Shown piece after piece: positions 1 to 10,133 of a DNA stretch of 64,000 nucleotides. The position numbers and the translations under genes are program-made. Source of the DNA: Christensenellales bacterium (lineage in GTDB: Bacteria > Bacillota > Clostridia > Christensenellales > UBA3700); contig JBJETT010000012.1 in the NCBI GenBank assembly GCA_051883455.1, positions 64,833-128,832 of the forward strand. Direction: 5' to 3'. The notes beneath the pieces were generated by a model. The model had not been told where the DNA came from. It did no database searches and saw nothing but the letters and a program-made list of their open reading frames with translations. Numbering within the stretch: the first letter of the stretch is position 1; each line of letters begins with the position of its first letter.

Positions 1-1874
1 GTATAATTAGATTGTCTATCGCTAGCGTATTTTACGACGGCGTTCATCGTGTTTTGAGTCAATCCTATTACGGAGTGAAGACCGCTACTTAGCATGCTTT
101 CCAGCTCTTGAGAATTCAACATGTCCATCATTGTGTTGGCGGAACCGTTGGCTTCTGCCGAAGGCATATATTTGCTATACTTTTCGTTATGCACGAGATT
201 GGTGTCGAACAAGCCCACGATTTTGTAAGCGCACAACTCCAAAGAAGGCACCGTTACGGGCAGTCCCCAATCCGTTGGCAACAATACCAACTTGCCTTCC
301 ACGTCCTCGAAACTAGCTATATCGTCCTTGCCCAAAGACGTCGTTTTATTCTGGGTTGGGTCATAGCTATTTATACCCGCCAAGGCAAAATGTTCGAACA
401 CGTATTGACTTATTGCTATCTCATCGTCGTTTTGAGGCAGTCTGCCTTTAAGGCTGTACCCCATATTTTGCAACAAGTCTTGATTTAGACTAGCAAGCCC
501 GGACACCTTGCAGTTATAGTAATTTATACCCGTCTTAGAGTCTAGTTTGGCCACCTCGTACAAAGCACTGCTCAACGAAAAGCCGTTATCCCAACCAAGC
601 CCCGAAAATACGGGTATTACGTCAATTCCTGTGTCTTGTTTGATTTGTGCAATGTCGTTGTCGTTGAGTTTAAGAGAACGTTCGCCGTACATATTTTCTT
701 CGGGGACGTAGTATTTGACGAAGGAAGCGTGGTCGATATTCTCGTCCTTGATAGACTGCTTTATTACCACGTTGCTATCGTAGGCGCTTATCGTATCCAC
801 TAGACCGAACATGGTAAACGCAACAATGCACAGCAGTATGGTCAGTACCAATCTAAAAGGTTTGGACTTGAGAGAAGAGGCTCCGATTTTTAGAGAGTTT
901 TTGTATGGCAAACGCGAGCGAATAAGCTTGCTATCCTCTATGGAATATTGTTTGATTTTGATATTTTCCGCTTGCGTATTCTCAAACTTTTCTTTGCAGC
1001 CGTCCTCGCTTATTCCCGCTACTTGTTTTATGCCGTCGTTGGTCTTGCCGTCGGTGGAGATAAAGGTGTCGCTATCTGCTTTGCCGAGGTATTCGTTGAT
1101 GAGATTTAGGTCGTCCGTGGTGAGGGTATAACCCTTTTTGACACGTAGCAGCCCGTCGTCCAACACGCACACGCCCTCGTTGACTTGGGTAGGGGCAACG
1201 TTGGTCTTGGTGGTGTCGGCAATAATCTTGCCGTCTTTTAGCTCGATGATTCTGTCGCCGTACTGCTCGGCAAACTCCCTATCGTGCGAAACGATAAGTA
1301 CCAGCTTAGTTTTGGACAATTTTTTGAGAGTATCCATCACTTGAATACCCGTTTTGCTGTCCAGCGCGCCCGTAGGCTCGTCCGCCATGATTATCTCGGG
1401 CGACTTGATGAGGGCACGGGCAATGGCGACTCTTTGTTTTTGACCGCCCGACAATTCGTTAGGTTTTCTATTGCCGTAGCCCGTCAAATCAACCTCGTCC
1501 AACAGCGTATTTAGCGACTGATTGTCGGCTTTTTTGCCTTGCAATTCCATAGCCAGCGCAATATTTGCGCCCACTGTAAATTCCGGCAATATGTTGTACT
1601 CTTGGAATATAAATCCCACGAATGTATTGCGATAACTGTCAAAGTCGGCTTGAGTAAAGTCTTTGCTCGATTTTCCTTTGATGACGAACTCACCGCAATC
1701 GGCTTGGTCTAGTCCGCCCAACACGTTGAGCAGGGTAGACTTACCGCTACCCGATTTACCTAGTATAAAGACCATGCCCGTGTCCGCGAATTTTACGCTT
1801 ACGTCGTTTAGGGCCTTTACGGGCACGCCCTTTTTAGGTTTATACGTCTTGCTGACGTTTCTAATTTCTAGCAT
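1..1874 (-). CDS. ABC transporter, fused ATP-binding and FtsX/MacB-type permease protein (3' end runs off the window)
   Basis: Absent from the ORF track because it is open at coordinate 1. Reverse translation from ATG at 1874 (GAGGTG RBS just upstream) gives MLEIRNVSKTYKPKKG. Walker A is GKSGSGKST (about 1740-1765), the signature is LSGGQKQR (about 1445-1470) and Walker B is IIMADEPTGALD. A membrane/extracytoplasmic region follows. The + strand ORFs at 108-1947 are antisense artefacts. Confidence 0.85.
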   Translation of the reverse strand, partial: MLEIRNVSKTYKPKKGVPVKALNDVSVKFADTGMVFILGKSGSGKSTLLNVLGGLDQADCGEFVIKGKSSKDFTQADFDSYRNTFVGFIFQEYNILPEFTVGANIALAMELQGKKADNQSLNTLLDEVDLTGYGNRKPNELSGGQKQRVAIARALIKSPEIIMADEPTGALDSKTGIQVMDTLKKLSKTKLVLIVSHDREFAEQYGDRIIELKDGKIIADTTKTNVAPTQVNEGVCVLDDGLLRVKKGYTLTTDDLNLINEYLGKADSDTFISTDGKTNDGIKQVAGISEDGCKEKFENTQAENIKIKQYSIEDSKLIRSRLPYKNSLKIGASSLKSKPFRLVLTILLCIVAFTMFGLVDTISAYDSNVVIKQSIKDENIDHASFVKYYVPEENMYGERSLKLNDNDIAQIKQDTGIDVIPVFSGLGWDNGFSLSSALYEVAKLDSKTGINYYNCKVSGLASLNQDLLQNMGYSLKGRLPQNDDEIAISQYVFEHFALAGINSYDPTQNKTTSLGKDDIASFEDVEGKLVLLPTDWGLPVTVPSLELCAYKIVGLFDTNLVHNEKYSKYMPSAEANGSANTMMDMLNSQELESMLSSGLHSVIGLTQNTMNAVVKYASDRQSNY

Positions 1875-1909
1875 TTTCACCTCGCGATATAATAACGTGA
1901 TTTTACAAC

Positions 1910-1937
1910 ATTATACCATAGCAATATTATTTGTCAA
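1910..1937 (-). promoter_or_regulatory. sigma-A type promoter for the ABC transporter gene
   Basis: On the minus strand: TTGACA, a 16-nt spacer, then TGG-TATAAT (extended -10), about 35 nt upstream of the ATG at 1874. Confidence 0.5.
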
Positions 1938-1959
1938 TACTTTTTAATAACCCTAGGCT

Positions 1960-2345
1960 AACCGTGGCAATCTCAAGTGCTTTGTCATTGCGAAGCCGTT
2001 AGGCTGTGGCAATCTCAACCGTATATAAGCCTCCTTTGTGCAAAGGGAGGTGTCTCACGGCGTATATACTTCGCAATACAGTGTCGAGTTTGCGGTTTTG
2101 TATCGGTCACATACGTTTTGACGGCGAATATACTACGCAATACAGTGTCGAGTTTGCGGTAGCTTATCGGTCACATACGATATAGTATGCTCCCTCACGC
2201 TATCCTCACTCTCCTTGTCTTGCTTGTATCTACACCGTCAAAATAATATAGTATGCTCCCTCACGCCGTCCTCACTCTCCTTGTCTTGCTCGTATCTCCA
2301 CCGTGAGCGAGCCGCTTAAGCCGAGACGGAGGGAGTGCATACTAT
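1960..2345. repeat. intergenic repeat array A (host repeat family, mostly reverse orientation)
   Basis: Contains two GTGGCAATCTC / TTTGTCATTGCG hairpin units, the hairpin CCTCCTTTGTGCAAAGGGAGG (2030-2050), two MITE-like heads (CACGGCGTATATACTTCGCAATACAGTGTCGAGTTTGCGG) and two tail units (AGTATGCTCCCTCACGC...CTCCTTGTCTTGCT...CCACCGT). Confidence 0.9.
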
Positions 2346-2367
2346 TCTATCTTATTTCAAGTCGATA

Positions 2368-2396
2368 TTGACAATTTTTTTTGCATTATTTATAAT
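2368..2396 (+). promoter_or_regulatory. sigma-A type promoter upstream of the fucosidase gene
   Basis: TTGACA (2368-2373), a 17-nt spacer, then TATAAT (2391-2396), 33 nt before the ATG at 2429. Confidence 0.6.
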
Positions 2397-2428
2397 GAAA
2401 CCAAAGTAATCAACGAGGCAGGCGAATT

Positions 2429-3814
2429 ATGACAGAGCAAGAGAAATTAGAGTTTTACACTTCGATAGTGCCCAGACCCAACCAACTCATCGTTCAAGAT
2501 ATGAAGTTTTACGCTTTCGTACACTATACCGTCAACACCTTCACAGACAAAGAGTGGGGTGACGGCACCGAGAGTGAGCAAGTATTCAACCCTACGGCGC
2601 AAGACACCGACCAATGGTGCAAGGCTATTGCGGGCGCGGGCATGAAAGGACTCATTCTCACGTGCAAGCACCACGACGGTTTTTGCTTGTGGCGCACCAA
2701 GACGACGGAGCACTGCATCTCCAACAGCCCTTACAAGGACGGCAAGGGCGACGTGGTGGCGGAAGTTGCCGAGAGCTGTCGCAAGTACGGCCTAAAGTTC
2801 GGCGTCTATCTCTCGCCTTGGGATAGGAATAGCAAGTACTATTCCACCGATGCCTACAACGATTTTTACGTAGAGCAGCTCACGGAACTACTCACTAATT
2901 ACGGCGATATATTTATGCTGTGGCTCGACGGCGCATGCGCCAGCGACGCCGACGGCAAACCCAAGCAAATCTACGACTTCGAGCGTATTTACGCCACGGC
3001 GTACAAGTTGCAACCTAATATTTGCATATCCGTTACGGGACCCGATATCAGGTGGGTAGGCAATGAGTCGGGCAAATGTCGCAAGAGCGAGTGGAACGTA
3101 GTGCCTTATATCGACCACAACCAAAATCAAGACACCTCCGACCAACAGACCGATGCCGACTATAAGAAGTTCCAGAAAAAAGCCGTGAATGCAATGCAAG
3201 CCGACCTTGGTAGCAGAGCCGCTCTCGAGGGTTACGACAAGCTCATGTGGTATCCCGCCGAGGTGGACGTATCTATCCGCAAGGGCTGGTTTTGGCACAA
3301 GTCGGAGGATAGATTTGGAGTCAAATCGCTCCGTAGACTTATGACTATCTATTACAATTCCGTAGGTGCCAACGGCTTGTACTTGCTCAATATTCCGCCA
3401 ACAAGTGAGGGCAAAATTGCCGACAAAGACGTGCAAAGACTCGCCGAGATGGGCTATTGGATAGACAAGGAAAAGTCGCTCATGCTACCGCCTTCTTCCG
3501 TCCAAACTACCGAGATAAGCAAGACGGATAGGGGCTACGAATTCGATATAACTTTCCCTTGCGAAGTCGTGGATAGAATAAGAATGGAAGAAGACCTCTC
3601 CTTTAGCCAAAGGATAGAGAACTTTACGATATACGCCGTCAACGCCAAAGGCAAAGAAAAGAAGCTCTACCGAGGCACGGTGGTAGGCTTCGGTAGGATA
3701 GCAATATTCCGCAAGACTAAGTGCGACCGCCTACGCGTCGTAATCAACGAATGCCGTCTCGAGCCGCATATCGAGATAGTAGAAGCGTACAAAAAGGGCG
3801 GGTACAGACTTTGA
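2429..3814 (+). CDS. alpha-L-fucosidase, glycoside hydrolase family 29
   Basis: 461-aa ORF with GH29-type motifs: KHHDGFCLW, GVYLSPWDRN and MLWLDGA. No obvious signal peptide. Confidence 0.85.
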   Translation: MTEQEKLEFYTSIVPRPNQLIVQDMKFYAFVHYTVNTFTDKEWGDGTESEQVFNPTAQDTDQWCKAIAGAGMKGLILTCKHHDGFCLWRTKTTEHCISNSPYKDGKGDVVAEVAESCRKYGLKFGVYLSPWDRNSKYYSTDAYNDFYVEQLTELLTNYGDIFMLWLDGACASDADGKPKQIYDFERIYATAYKLQPNICISVTGPDIRWVGNESGKCRKSEWNVVPYIDHNQNQDTSDQQTDADYKKFQKKAVNAMQADLGSRAALEGYDKLMWYPAEVDVSIRKGWFWHKSEDRFGVKSLRRLMTIYYNSVGANGLYLLNIPPTSEGKIADKDVQRLAEMGYWIDKEKSLMLPPSSVQTTEISKTDRGYEFDITFPCEVVDRIRMEEDLSFSQRIENFTIYAVNAKGKEKKLYRGTVVGFGRIAIFRKTKCDRLRVVINECRLEPHIEIVEAYKKGGYRL

Positions 3815-4038
3815 TTAGTATCGCCAATCTATATCTACGTGCGGTTGCCCGATGAGACGAAGTTGCGGGCGGTAGCATTTATAATCAAAATAACTTGTAC
3901 AAAAGGTATAATTGTGCTAAACTAAAATACGATAGTATTTTGTCAAGGTGGCGAAGAGTTTGATAGACGCTTCCGCTTTTCCAAATATATCGGGCACGGC
4001 GAAATCAATAACGCCAAAGCAAGTGAGGTCAGCAATAT

Positions 4039-4791
4039 ATGGCAGAAAAATTAGTGTCAATAATTACCCCAACGTACAATTGCGGCAAGTTTATAGCGCG
4101 GACGATTGATTCCGTTCAAGCACAGACTTACGGCAACTGGGAAATGATTATCGTTGACGATTGTTCTCAAGACGACACCAAGGCGATCGTCGAAGAATAT
4201 ATCAAAAACGACTCTCGTATCAAGTATCATTTGCTCGAAGAAAATTCGGGAGCCGCCGTTGCAAGAACCACCGCAATGAATTTGGCGCAAGGCTCGTATA
4301 TGGCTTTTCTTGACAGCGACGATATTTGGCTTCCCAACAAACTCGAAGCCCAAATCAACTGGATGGAGCAAAACGGATATGCTTTTTCTTGCACAGCGTA
4401 CGAGCAGATAGACGAAGAAGACAAACCGCTTGGCAAGAAGATCAAAACAATCAAAAAGACCGACTACAATCGCTTGTTGCTCGACTGTCCCGTTGGCAAT
4501 TCTACGGTAGTATACGACGTAGAAAAGATGGGCAAATTCGAAGTTCCTAATATTCGAAAACGCAACGACGACGCCCTATGGCTTCAGATGCTCAAGAAGG
4601 AGAAGTATATTTGGGGGATGCCCGACGTCTTGATGAAGTATCGCATTAGAAAAAACTCCATATCGAGCAACAAACTCAAAGTTATCAAATATCATTGGAT
4701 ATTGTATCGAGAGATAGAACATCTAAGCGTAATACGTTCGGCGTTTCATATTTTTTGGTGGTGCGTAATCAAAGTATTGCACATCAAATAA
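4039..4791 (+). CDS. glycosyltransferase family 2
   Basis: N-terminal SIITPTYNCGKFIARTIDSVQAQTY...IIVDDCSQDDT and the FLDSDD (DxD) motif. Confidence 0.85.
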   Translation: MAEKLVSIITPTYNCGKFIARTIDSVQAQTYGNWEMIIVDDCSQDDTKAIVEEYIKNDSRIKYHLLEENSGAAVARTTAMNLAQGSYMAFLDSDDIWLPNKLEAQINWMEQNGYAFSCTAYEQIDEEDKPLGKKIKTIKKTDYNRLLLDCPVGNSTVVYDVEKMGKFEVPNIRKRNDDALWLQMLKKEKYIWGMPDVLMKYRIRKNSISSNKLKVIKYHWILYREIEHLSVIRSAFHIFWWCVIKVLHIK

Positions 4792-4841
4792 TATCTGATA
4801 TCCGGCGTGTCCGACGCCGACAAAAAATATAGGAGTAAACG

Positions 4842-6041
4842 ATGGCTCAAAAAAAATATAATATTGCGGTAGTGGGAACAGGCTACGTTGGTTTGTCTAT
4901 ATCAGTGCTTTTAGCGCAACGTAACAAGGTGACTGCAGTGGATATTATTCCACAAAAGGTCGAATTGATCAACAACAAAAAGTCTCCTATCGAAGACAAG
5001 GAGATAGAGCAATATTTAGCGACTAAGGAACTCGATCTTAAGGCAACCACAGACGACGAAAGCGCGTACAAAGAGGCGGATTTCGTCATTATTTCCACGC
5101 CGACCAACTACGACGACGTCAAAAATTATTTTGACACGTCGTCCGTCGAGAGCGTTATCCAACGAGTTATATCCGTCAATCCCAACGCCATAATGGTAGT
5201 CAAGTCAACCGTTCCGGTAGGTTTTACCGAATACGTAAGAGAAAAATACGACAGTCAAAACGTTATTTTCAGTCCCGAGTTTTTACGTGAGGGACGAGCA
5301 CTATACGACAATCTTTATCCAAGTCGCATAATAGTCGGCGTTCCTTCGGGGAACGAGAGATTGCAACGGGCTGCAACGACCTTTGCCAATCTTTTGCAAG
5401 AGGGGGCAATCAAGGAGAATATCGAAGTCCGCTTTATGAACCCGACTGAGGCGGAAGCGGTCAAATTGTTTGCCAACACCTATCTTGCGCTAAGAGTGTC
5501 GTATTTCAACGAACTTGACACCTATGCACAATTACGCGGACTTGACACCAAATCCATAATAGAGGGGGTTTGCCTCGATCCGCGTATAGGCGACCACTAC
5601 AACAATCCGTCGTTCGGTTACGGTGGATATTGCTTGCCCAAAGACACCAAGCAACTACTTGCCAATTACAGTCAAGTACCGCAAAACATTATTTCGGCAA
5701 TAGTAGCGGCCAACAGTACGAGAAAGGACTTCATTGCCGAGCAAATTTTAGAAAAAAATCCAAAGGTCGTCGGTGTCTATCGCTTGACGATGAAAGCGGG
5801 TAGCGACAATTTCCGCCAGTCTTCGATACAGGGAGTAATGAAGCGTATCAAGGCAAAGGGAATAGAGGTCGTAATTTACGAACCGACTATGACCGAAGAA
5901 AGATTTTTCAATAGTCGCGTTATTCGTGATTTGCAAGAATTCAAGAGCATTTCCGACGTCATAATAGCCAACCGCTTTAGTGACGAACTCCAAGACGTAC
6001 GAGACAAGGTATATACGAGAGATTTATATTTTAGAGATTAA
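4842..6041 (+). CDS. ugd: UDP-glucose 6-dehydrogenase
   Basis: Rossmann motif [10 protein letters not shown], catalytic [11 protein letters not shown] motif, 399 aa. Confidence 0.9.
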   Translation: MAQKKYNIAVVGTGYVGLSISVLLAQRNKVTAVDIIPQKVELINNKKSPIEDKEIEQYLATKELDLKATTDDESAYKEADFVIISTPTNYDDVKNYFDTSSVESVIQRVISVNPNAIMVVKSTVPVGFTEYVREKYDSQNVIFSPEFLREGRALYDNLYPSRIIVGVPSGNERLQRAATTFANLLQEGAIKENIEVRFMNPTEAEAVKLFANTYLALRVSYFNELDTYAQLRGLDTKSIIEGVCLDPRIGDHYNNPSFGYGGYCLPKDTKQLLANYSQVPQNIISAIVAANSTRKDFIAEQILEKNPKVVGVYRLTMKAGSDNFRQSSIQGVMKRIKAKGIEVVIYEPTMTEERFFNSRVIRDLQEFKSISDVIIANRFSDELQDVRDKVYTRDLYFRD

Positions 6042-6080
6042 GAGTAGCAACTCACACTACGGTGTACAACGAGCAACACA

Positions 6081-6130
6081 CCTATCGTCGACTCCGACGA
6101 GCAATTTCGGAGCACGTCGATAGGTTTTTT
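6081..6130 (+). terminator. intrinsic terminator after ugd
   Basis: Compound hairpin: CCTATCG...CGATAGG enclosing CTCCGA...TCGGAG, followed by TTTTTT. Confidence 0.6.
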
Positions 6131-6290
6131 CTTTGCCACGATTTTATATGCGTTTTAGTTTTTAACGGCAAGCGTTTTTCCTAACAATTTTGCCGATGCA
6201 ACTCTATCTTTTTACGATTTTCCCTTACTAATTCGCGGTTTAGCATATATATGCGCGTTGCGCACATTATATAAGTATTATAATAAACTA

Positions 6291-6319
6291 TTGACTACCA
6301 AAATCTTAGATGGTATACT
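6291..6319 (+). promoter_or_regulatory. sigma-A type promoter with a ~155-nt leader before the GT4 genes
   Basis: TTGACT (6291-6296), a 17-nt spacer, then TGG-TATACT (6314-6319). Confidence 0.5.
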
Positions 6320-6473
6320 AAAAAATAATACCGACGTCTTATTTTATAGGGCGGAGGAACAAGGGTAACCCCAAAATACACGTTCAAAATCGCGGTACGA
6401 TTGTTTGTTTTTGGCGTCATTATGGCAACGACGATAGGCTTTGCGGGCGGTTTTGAACATTGATAGAGGCAAT

Positions 6474-7568
6474 ATGAAGATAGCATTTATTTCTGATGCA
6501 GGTTGCGTGCACACGGTAAGGTGGGCTAACGCTATGGCGAAGAGAGGCAACGAAGTGAGAGTATATAGTTGCTCTAATCACGCGCCCAAGTACAACTCGT
6601 TTGACGAAGGCGTCAAGGTTGTTTTACTCAAGTTTTCGGCGCCGCTCGGATATTATCTCAACGCTTGTCAATTACGCAAGTCAATCGAGGAGTATGCTCC
6701 CGACGTAGTCAACGTGCATTATGCCAGCGGATATGGCACGTTGGGTAGATGGGCAGGACAAAAGAAGGCTTTGCTCAACGTATGGGGTAGCGACGTGTAC
6801 GATTATCCTTATTACAATGCTTTCAATATGTACGTAATCACCAAAAACCTGTCTTATTATCGCTATTTGGCGTCTACCAGTCATTGCATGGCAAGACAAA
6901 GCAAAACTTTGGTAGATAGAGATTTTCACATCACACCTTTTGGTGTTGACACCAAGGCATTTGCGCCTAAACAAGCGGACAAGCAAGCAGGGTATTTGAT
7001 AGGCACTGTCAAGACGCTGGACGACAAGTACGGAATCGACGTATCTATCAAGGCTTTTGCCAAGTTGCTTGAGCTGCTCAAAGCCAACGGTCGCGATGAG
7101 ATAGCCGACAGTATTACCTACGAAATATACGGTAGGGGCAACCAGTTGCAACAACTACAAGACTTGACGCAACAACTCGGAGTTGCCGACAAAGTCAAAT
7201 TTATGGGTTACGTAGAAAATAAATCTTTGCCAGATGTGCTCAATCGCTTCGACGTATTTTGTTGCACCAGTCGTGAAGAATCGTTTGGAGTTGCTGTTGT
7301 CGAGGCAATGGCTTGCGGAGTTCCCGCGGTTACGAGTGACGCCGAGGGCTTTGCCGAAGTTATGGTTGACGGCGAGACGGGAAGAGTCATAGAGAGAGAA
7401 GACTATCAAGCCACTGCTCAAGCATTGTACGACCTTATCATCGACGAAGATTTGCGCAAGCGATACGGCGTGGCAGGCAGACGAAGAGTAGAAGAATTAT
7501 ACGATTGGGACGCCAACGTAGACTATATGCTAAGTATATACAAAAAGATTATCGAAGAAAACAAATGA
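6474..7568 (+). CDS. glycosyltransferase family 4
   Basis: EESFGVAVVEAMACGVPAVTSD motif. The start is moved to MKIAFISDAG at 6474 (AGAGG RBS) instead of the track start at 6441. Confidence 0.85.
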   Translation: MKIAFISDAGCVHTVRWANAMAKRGNEVRVYSCSNHAPKYNSFDEGVKVVLLKFSAPLGYYLNACQLRKSIEEYAPDVVNVHYASGYGTLGRWAGQKKALLNVWGSDVYDYPYYNAFNMYVITKNLSYYRYLASTSHCMARQSKTLVDRDFHITPFGVDTKAFAPKQADKQAGYLIGTVKTLDDKYGIDVSIKAFAKLLELLKANGRDEIADSITYEIYGRGNQLQQLQDLTQQLGVADKVKFMGYVENKSLPDVLNRFDVFCCTSREESFGVAVVEAMACGVPAVTSDAEGFAEVMVDGETGRVIEREDYQATAQALYDLIIDEDLRKRYGVAGRRRVEELYDWDANVDYMLSIYKKIIEENK

Positions 7569-8656
7569 AGCAAGTCGTTAGAATACTCAATATTATATCC
7601 GGACTCAACCATGCGGGTACCGAAGCGGTCGTGATGAACTATTATCGCCATATCGATAGGACTCGGGTTCAGTTTGATTTTTTGGTTTTAAGCGAGGGAG
7701 AGGGCTATTACGAAAAGGAGATTGAGGAATTGGGCGGCAAAATATACAAGATTTGCAATTTTACGTCCAATCCTATCAATTGCATCAAACAACGCAACGC
7801 CTTTTTCAAGACTCACCATTACGACGTAGTAGAGATACACTCTCCGTCGGTTTTGCGATACGCATACGCCAAGTTAGCCAAAAAACACGGTGCAAAAAAG
7901 ATAATATACCATATTCACAGTAGCGTGGACAAGGACAACTTGCTTATCAAGTTTGCCCGGCGCCAAGTCGTCAAATATTGCACGCAACTCGTGGCTTGTT
8001 CTCGATTGGCGGGCAAAACCGCCTATGGCGAGGGAGTGGGCTTTGAGGTTGTCGCCAACGCCATAGATTACAAGGAGTATATGTTTGACGGACAAGCAAG
8101 AGATAGAGTAAGGCAAAAGTATAATATTGCAGAACAAGACTTCGTAATCGGACAAGTCGGCAGATATAGCGAAGTCAAAAATCATCGATTTTCTTTACAC
8201 TTGTTGGAGGAACTAAGCAAAAAACACACCAACGTCAAGATGCTTTTCAAAGGTTTTGGAGAATTGGAGGAAAGCCTGCACGAGCAAGCCGAAGACCTCG
8301 GCATAGCAGACAAAGTGGTTTGGTGCAAGGACGGAGACGTGCCTACTCAAGATTGTTACAGCGCGATGGATATGCTTATAATGCCGTCGCTTTACGAGGG
8401 GCTTCCTATGGTGTTGGTAGAGGCACAAATCAACGGGCTCGTATGCCTAATATCCGACACCGTGACGCAAGAGAGCCAAATATTCGACCAAGCGACGTTC
8501 ATAGGCTTATCCGATACCGAGAGTTGGATAGATAATATAGAAAGGCTTATCGCCCATCCTATTCGCGTACAAGTAGACGACGAAACGGTACAAGCAAGCG
8601 GATATTCCATATATCAAGAGACAAAAAAGAGGGAAGAATTTTATCTTGATGAGTAA
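7565..8656 (+). CDS. glycosyltransferase family 4
   Basis: YEGLPMVLVEAQINGLVCLISD motif. The start at 7565 (MKQVVRILNIISG) forms an ATGA overlap with the upstream stop. The track start at 7505 is an in-frame extension. Confidence 0.85.
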   Translation: MKQVVRILNIISGLNHAGTEAVVMNYYRHIDRTRVQFDFLVLSEGEGYYEKEIEELGGKIYKICNFTSNPINCIKQRNAFFKTHHYDVVEIHSPSVLRYAYAKLAKKHGAKKIIYHIHSSVDKDNLLIKFARRQVVKYCTQLVACSRLAGKTAYGEGVGFEVVANAIDYKEYMFDGQARDRVRQKYNIAEQDFVIGQVGRYSEVKNHRFSLHLLEELSKKHTNVKMLFKGFGELEESLHEQAEDLGIADKVVWCKDGDVPTQDCYSAMDMLIMPSLYEGLPMVLVEAQINGLVCLISDTVTQESQIFDQATFIGLSDTESWIDNIERLIAHPIRVQVDDETVQASGYSIYQETKKREEFYLDE

Positions 8657-10130
8657 CACTATCAGACTAAAAACCGATATAGAAGAGATATTTAGTGCCA
8701 GACTTTTTGGATTGTTGGGTGCTATTTTGTCGTTTTTTAGTTTGATATTCATTGCTTTTAGTGGGGTAGAGAGTGAGTTTTTCGCCATCGTCGTTTTGCC
8801 GATAGCGATGCTTATCATCTCTTGTATGGTTTTTGAATTCCAATTATTTTTCGGCATAGGCAGTCTTTGCATTTTTGCGACGTACCTATTGAGATTTGCA
8901 GTGGGCCCGGTCATTTTGATATTGGGTGATTTTCGTTGTGATTTTGATAGATCTTTGTATTTGGACTACTTTTCCACGGCGTGTTATTTGATGGCGTACG
9001 AGGGGATAGCGGTCTATATTCTTTTGGCGTTGTTCACCAAGGGTTTCAAGAAAAAACTGTCTGCGCAACAAGTAAAGCCGCTATATAATTCTCCTGTGCA
9101 AAAGCAGAAACAATCGCTCAAATTCGGCAAGTTTTTCAATCTTTTACTTATATTATTTACTCTCATCGTCGCGGTATGCTTTATCGTTTATCCGCAGTTT
9201 GTCAAGTACTTCAAGATTATGTTTTTTGACGACGACATGGAGGCTTTCATAAGATATTCGGAACTTGTCGCGTCGGTTCCGGGAGTAGTATTCTATCCTT
9301 TCAAGCTATGCATCGAGTTCCTCAAGATGTTTTTACCTCTACGCATAGCGATGTGGATATTCAACCACAAGAGATTGGGCGAAGATATCAAGATTTTTTT
9401 AAATTTTGTGTTGATAGGACTGAGTTTCTTTATTATGACGCAAGAACAAATCAACTCGCTATTTTGTTGTGTAATACTGTTTTTGTATATGATTATCAAG
9501 TCTGTTAAGTTCAAGCAAATCTTGGTAGTAACGGGTGTGGGAGCGGTGGCTGTTGCGGGCGTACTGTTCGTATTTAAGATAGCCGACGTAGGCGACCTAA
9601 AGGGATTTGCCAGAATAATCAACAACTATTTTGCTGGTCCGCAAAACTTATCCGCCGCTTTGGCAATGAGGAACCTTTCTCCCGCTACGGCAGAGTTGTT
9701 TATGGGTGATATCATCAGCAACGTCATATATTTCGAATTGTTTATGGATACCGCACTCGACAATTCCAACCTTCTTTTCAATCAAATAATCGGCAATACG
9801 CACAGTTCCGCCATTATGCCGTTGTTGGGACAAGGTTGTTATTATTTAGGCGTAGTTTTCGGCATTTTGCCATCCCTTTTGGTTATGACTTATACGCTTT
9901 TATTCGATTATTTGTCGCAAAATAACAAAGGCAACGTATATCAGTTAGCGTTTGCATTGACGACGGTTTTTTCGGGTATGACGATAGGAATGTATAATAT
10001 CAATATATTCGTAGCCAATTTTTGCTATCAAGGTATAATAGTTGTGGCGGCGTATATTGTGGATAAATTTTTGAACAAGAGACGGCGTATAAGGCAAAGT
10101 GTTGCAACGGCGTCGCCAAGCGAGGGATAA
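8646..10130 (+). CDS. polytopic membrane protein, O-antigen/EPS polymerase (Wzy)-like
   Basis: 494 aa, more than 10 hydrophobic segments, located between glycosyltransferase genes in a polysaccharide locus. No diagnostic motif recognised. Confidence 0.55.
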   Translation: MMSNTIRLKTDIEEIFSARLFGLLGAILSFFSLIFIAFSGVESEFFAIVVLPIAMLIISCMVFEFQLFFGIGSLCIFATYLLRFAVGPVILILGDFRCDFDRSLYLDYFSTACYLMAYEGIAVYILLALFTKGFKKKLSAQQVKPLYNSPVQKQKQSLKFGKFFNLLLILFTLIVAVCFIVYPQFVKYFKIMFFDDDMEAFIRYSELVASVPGVVFYPFKLCIEFLKMFLPLRIAMWIFNHKRLGEDIKIFLNFVLIGLSFFIMTQEQINSLFCCVILFLYMIIKSVKFKQILVVTGVGAVAVAGVLFVFKIADVGDLKGFARIINNYFAGPQNLSAALAMRNLSPATAELFMGDIISNVIYFELFMDTALDNSNLLFNQIIGNTHSSAIMPLLGQGCYYLGVVFGILPSLLVMTYTLLFDYLSQNNKGNVYQLAFALTTVFSGMTIGMYNINIFVANFCYQGIIVVAAYIVDKFLNKRRRIRQSVATASPSEG

Positions 10131-10133
10131 GAT

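Noticed and set aside
2888-3436. Long antisense or overlapping ORFs inside well-supported genes, for example 2888-3436, 6681-7154, 15035-16156, 19513-19941, 26228-26803, 40298-40864, 61031-61462 and 62211-62858.
   Set aside because: Each lies fully within a gene that has clear family motifs on the other strand or frame. No independent motifs or RBSs were seen.
7505-7564. N-terminal extensions in the ORF track: 6441, 7505, 16447, 23345, 38475, 42535, 48651, 56146, 60555 and 60908.
   Set aside because: Internal starts have better RBSs, remove overlaps with the upstream genes and match the family N-termini. The features were re-called from those starts.
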